Positions 63,980-64,000 of a DNA stretch of 64,000 nt are shown here, piece by piece; position 1 is the first letter of the stretch; every line of letters starts with the position of its first letter. The DNA comes from Bacteroidaceae bacterium (lineage in GTDB: Archaea > Methanobacteriota > Methanobacteria > Methanobacteriales > Methanobacteriaceae), in NCBI GenBank assembly GCA_963606955.1, contig CAVDAS010000001.1, forward strand, positions 31,871 to 95,870, read 5' to 3'. A program made the position numbers and the translations under genes. The notes under the pieces were generated by a model. That model made no database searches. It was not told the DNA's origin and saw only the letters and a program-made list of their open reading frames with translations.

Positions 63980-64000
63980 CCTAAATGCAGCACTTCCTTT

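Overview
This is an AT-rich (roughly 30% GC by eye) euryarchaeal methanogen chromosome segment, most consistent with Methanobacteriaceae and Methanobrevibacter-like. Supporting markers are class I LysRS, PolD, HdrA, FprA with a divergent V4R regulator, an H4MPT-type SHMT next to a DmrX-like flavoprotein, archaeal SAM synthetase, and moaC/moeA.

About 90% of the window is tightly packed core housekeeping:
- Replication and repair: PolD DP2, NrdD, RadA, a multi-OB RPA, an Ogg1-type glycosylase, an XPD-like helicase.
- Transcription and translation: L21e, RpoF, DUF655, KsgA, RpoL, TFS, Csl4, Dph2, Pus10, SRP54, Sec61beta, IleRS, tRNA-Arg(UCG).
- Biosynthesis: DapF, LysA, ArgD, HisF, PurL, MoaC, MoeA, CbiL, GlyA.
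- Energy and oxidative stress: HdrA, MsvR-FprA-rubrerythrin-like.

I see no rRNA, CRISPR array, IS element, transposase, integrase or prophage genes.

The clearly accessory part is the last ~6.4 kb (57.6-64 kb). It is a co-directional bacterial-type glycopolymer locus: a PF02397 phosphoglycosyl transferase, three GT2 enzymes, a TagF-like CDP-glycerol glycerophosphotransferase and a TagH/Wzt-like ABC ATPase. This is my best candidate for an under-characterised system, a teichoic-acid-like secondary wall polymer in a pseudomurein archaeon.

Other notable items:
- Two decayed genes: a TbADH-type alcohol dehydrogenase, and a STAND/Arch_ATPase preceded by a 47-bp tandem duplication.
- A perfect palindromic operator built from MsvR-type half-sites in front of fprA.
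- Structured elements upstream of nrdD.
- Two small proteins absent from the ORF track: Sec61beta and a zinc-ribbon protein with a Tyr/Asp tail.

I found no convincing evidence for a novel defence or mobile system. All functional calls rest on motif and family recognition by eye, not on database searches.
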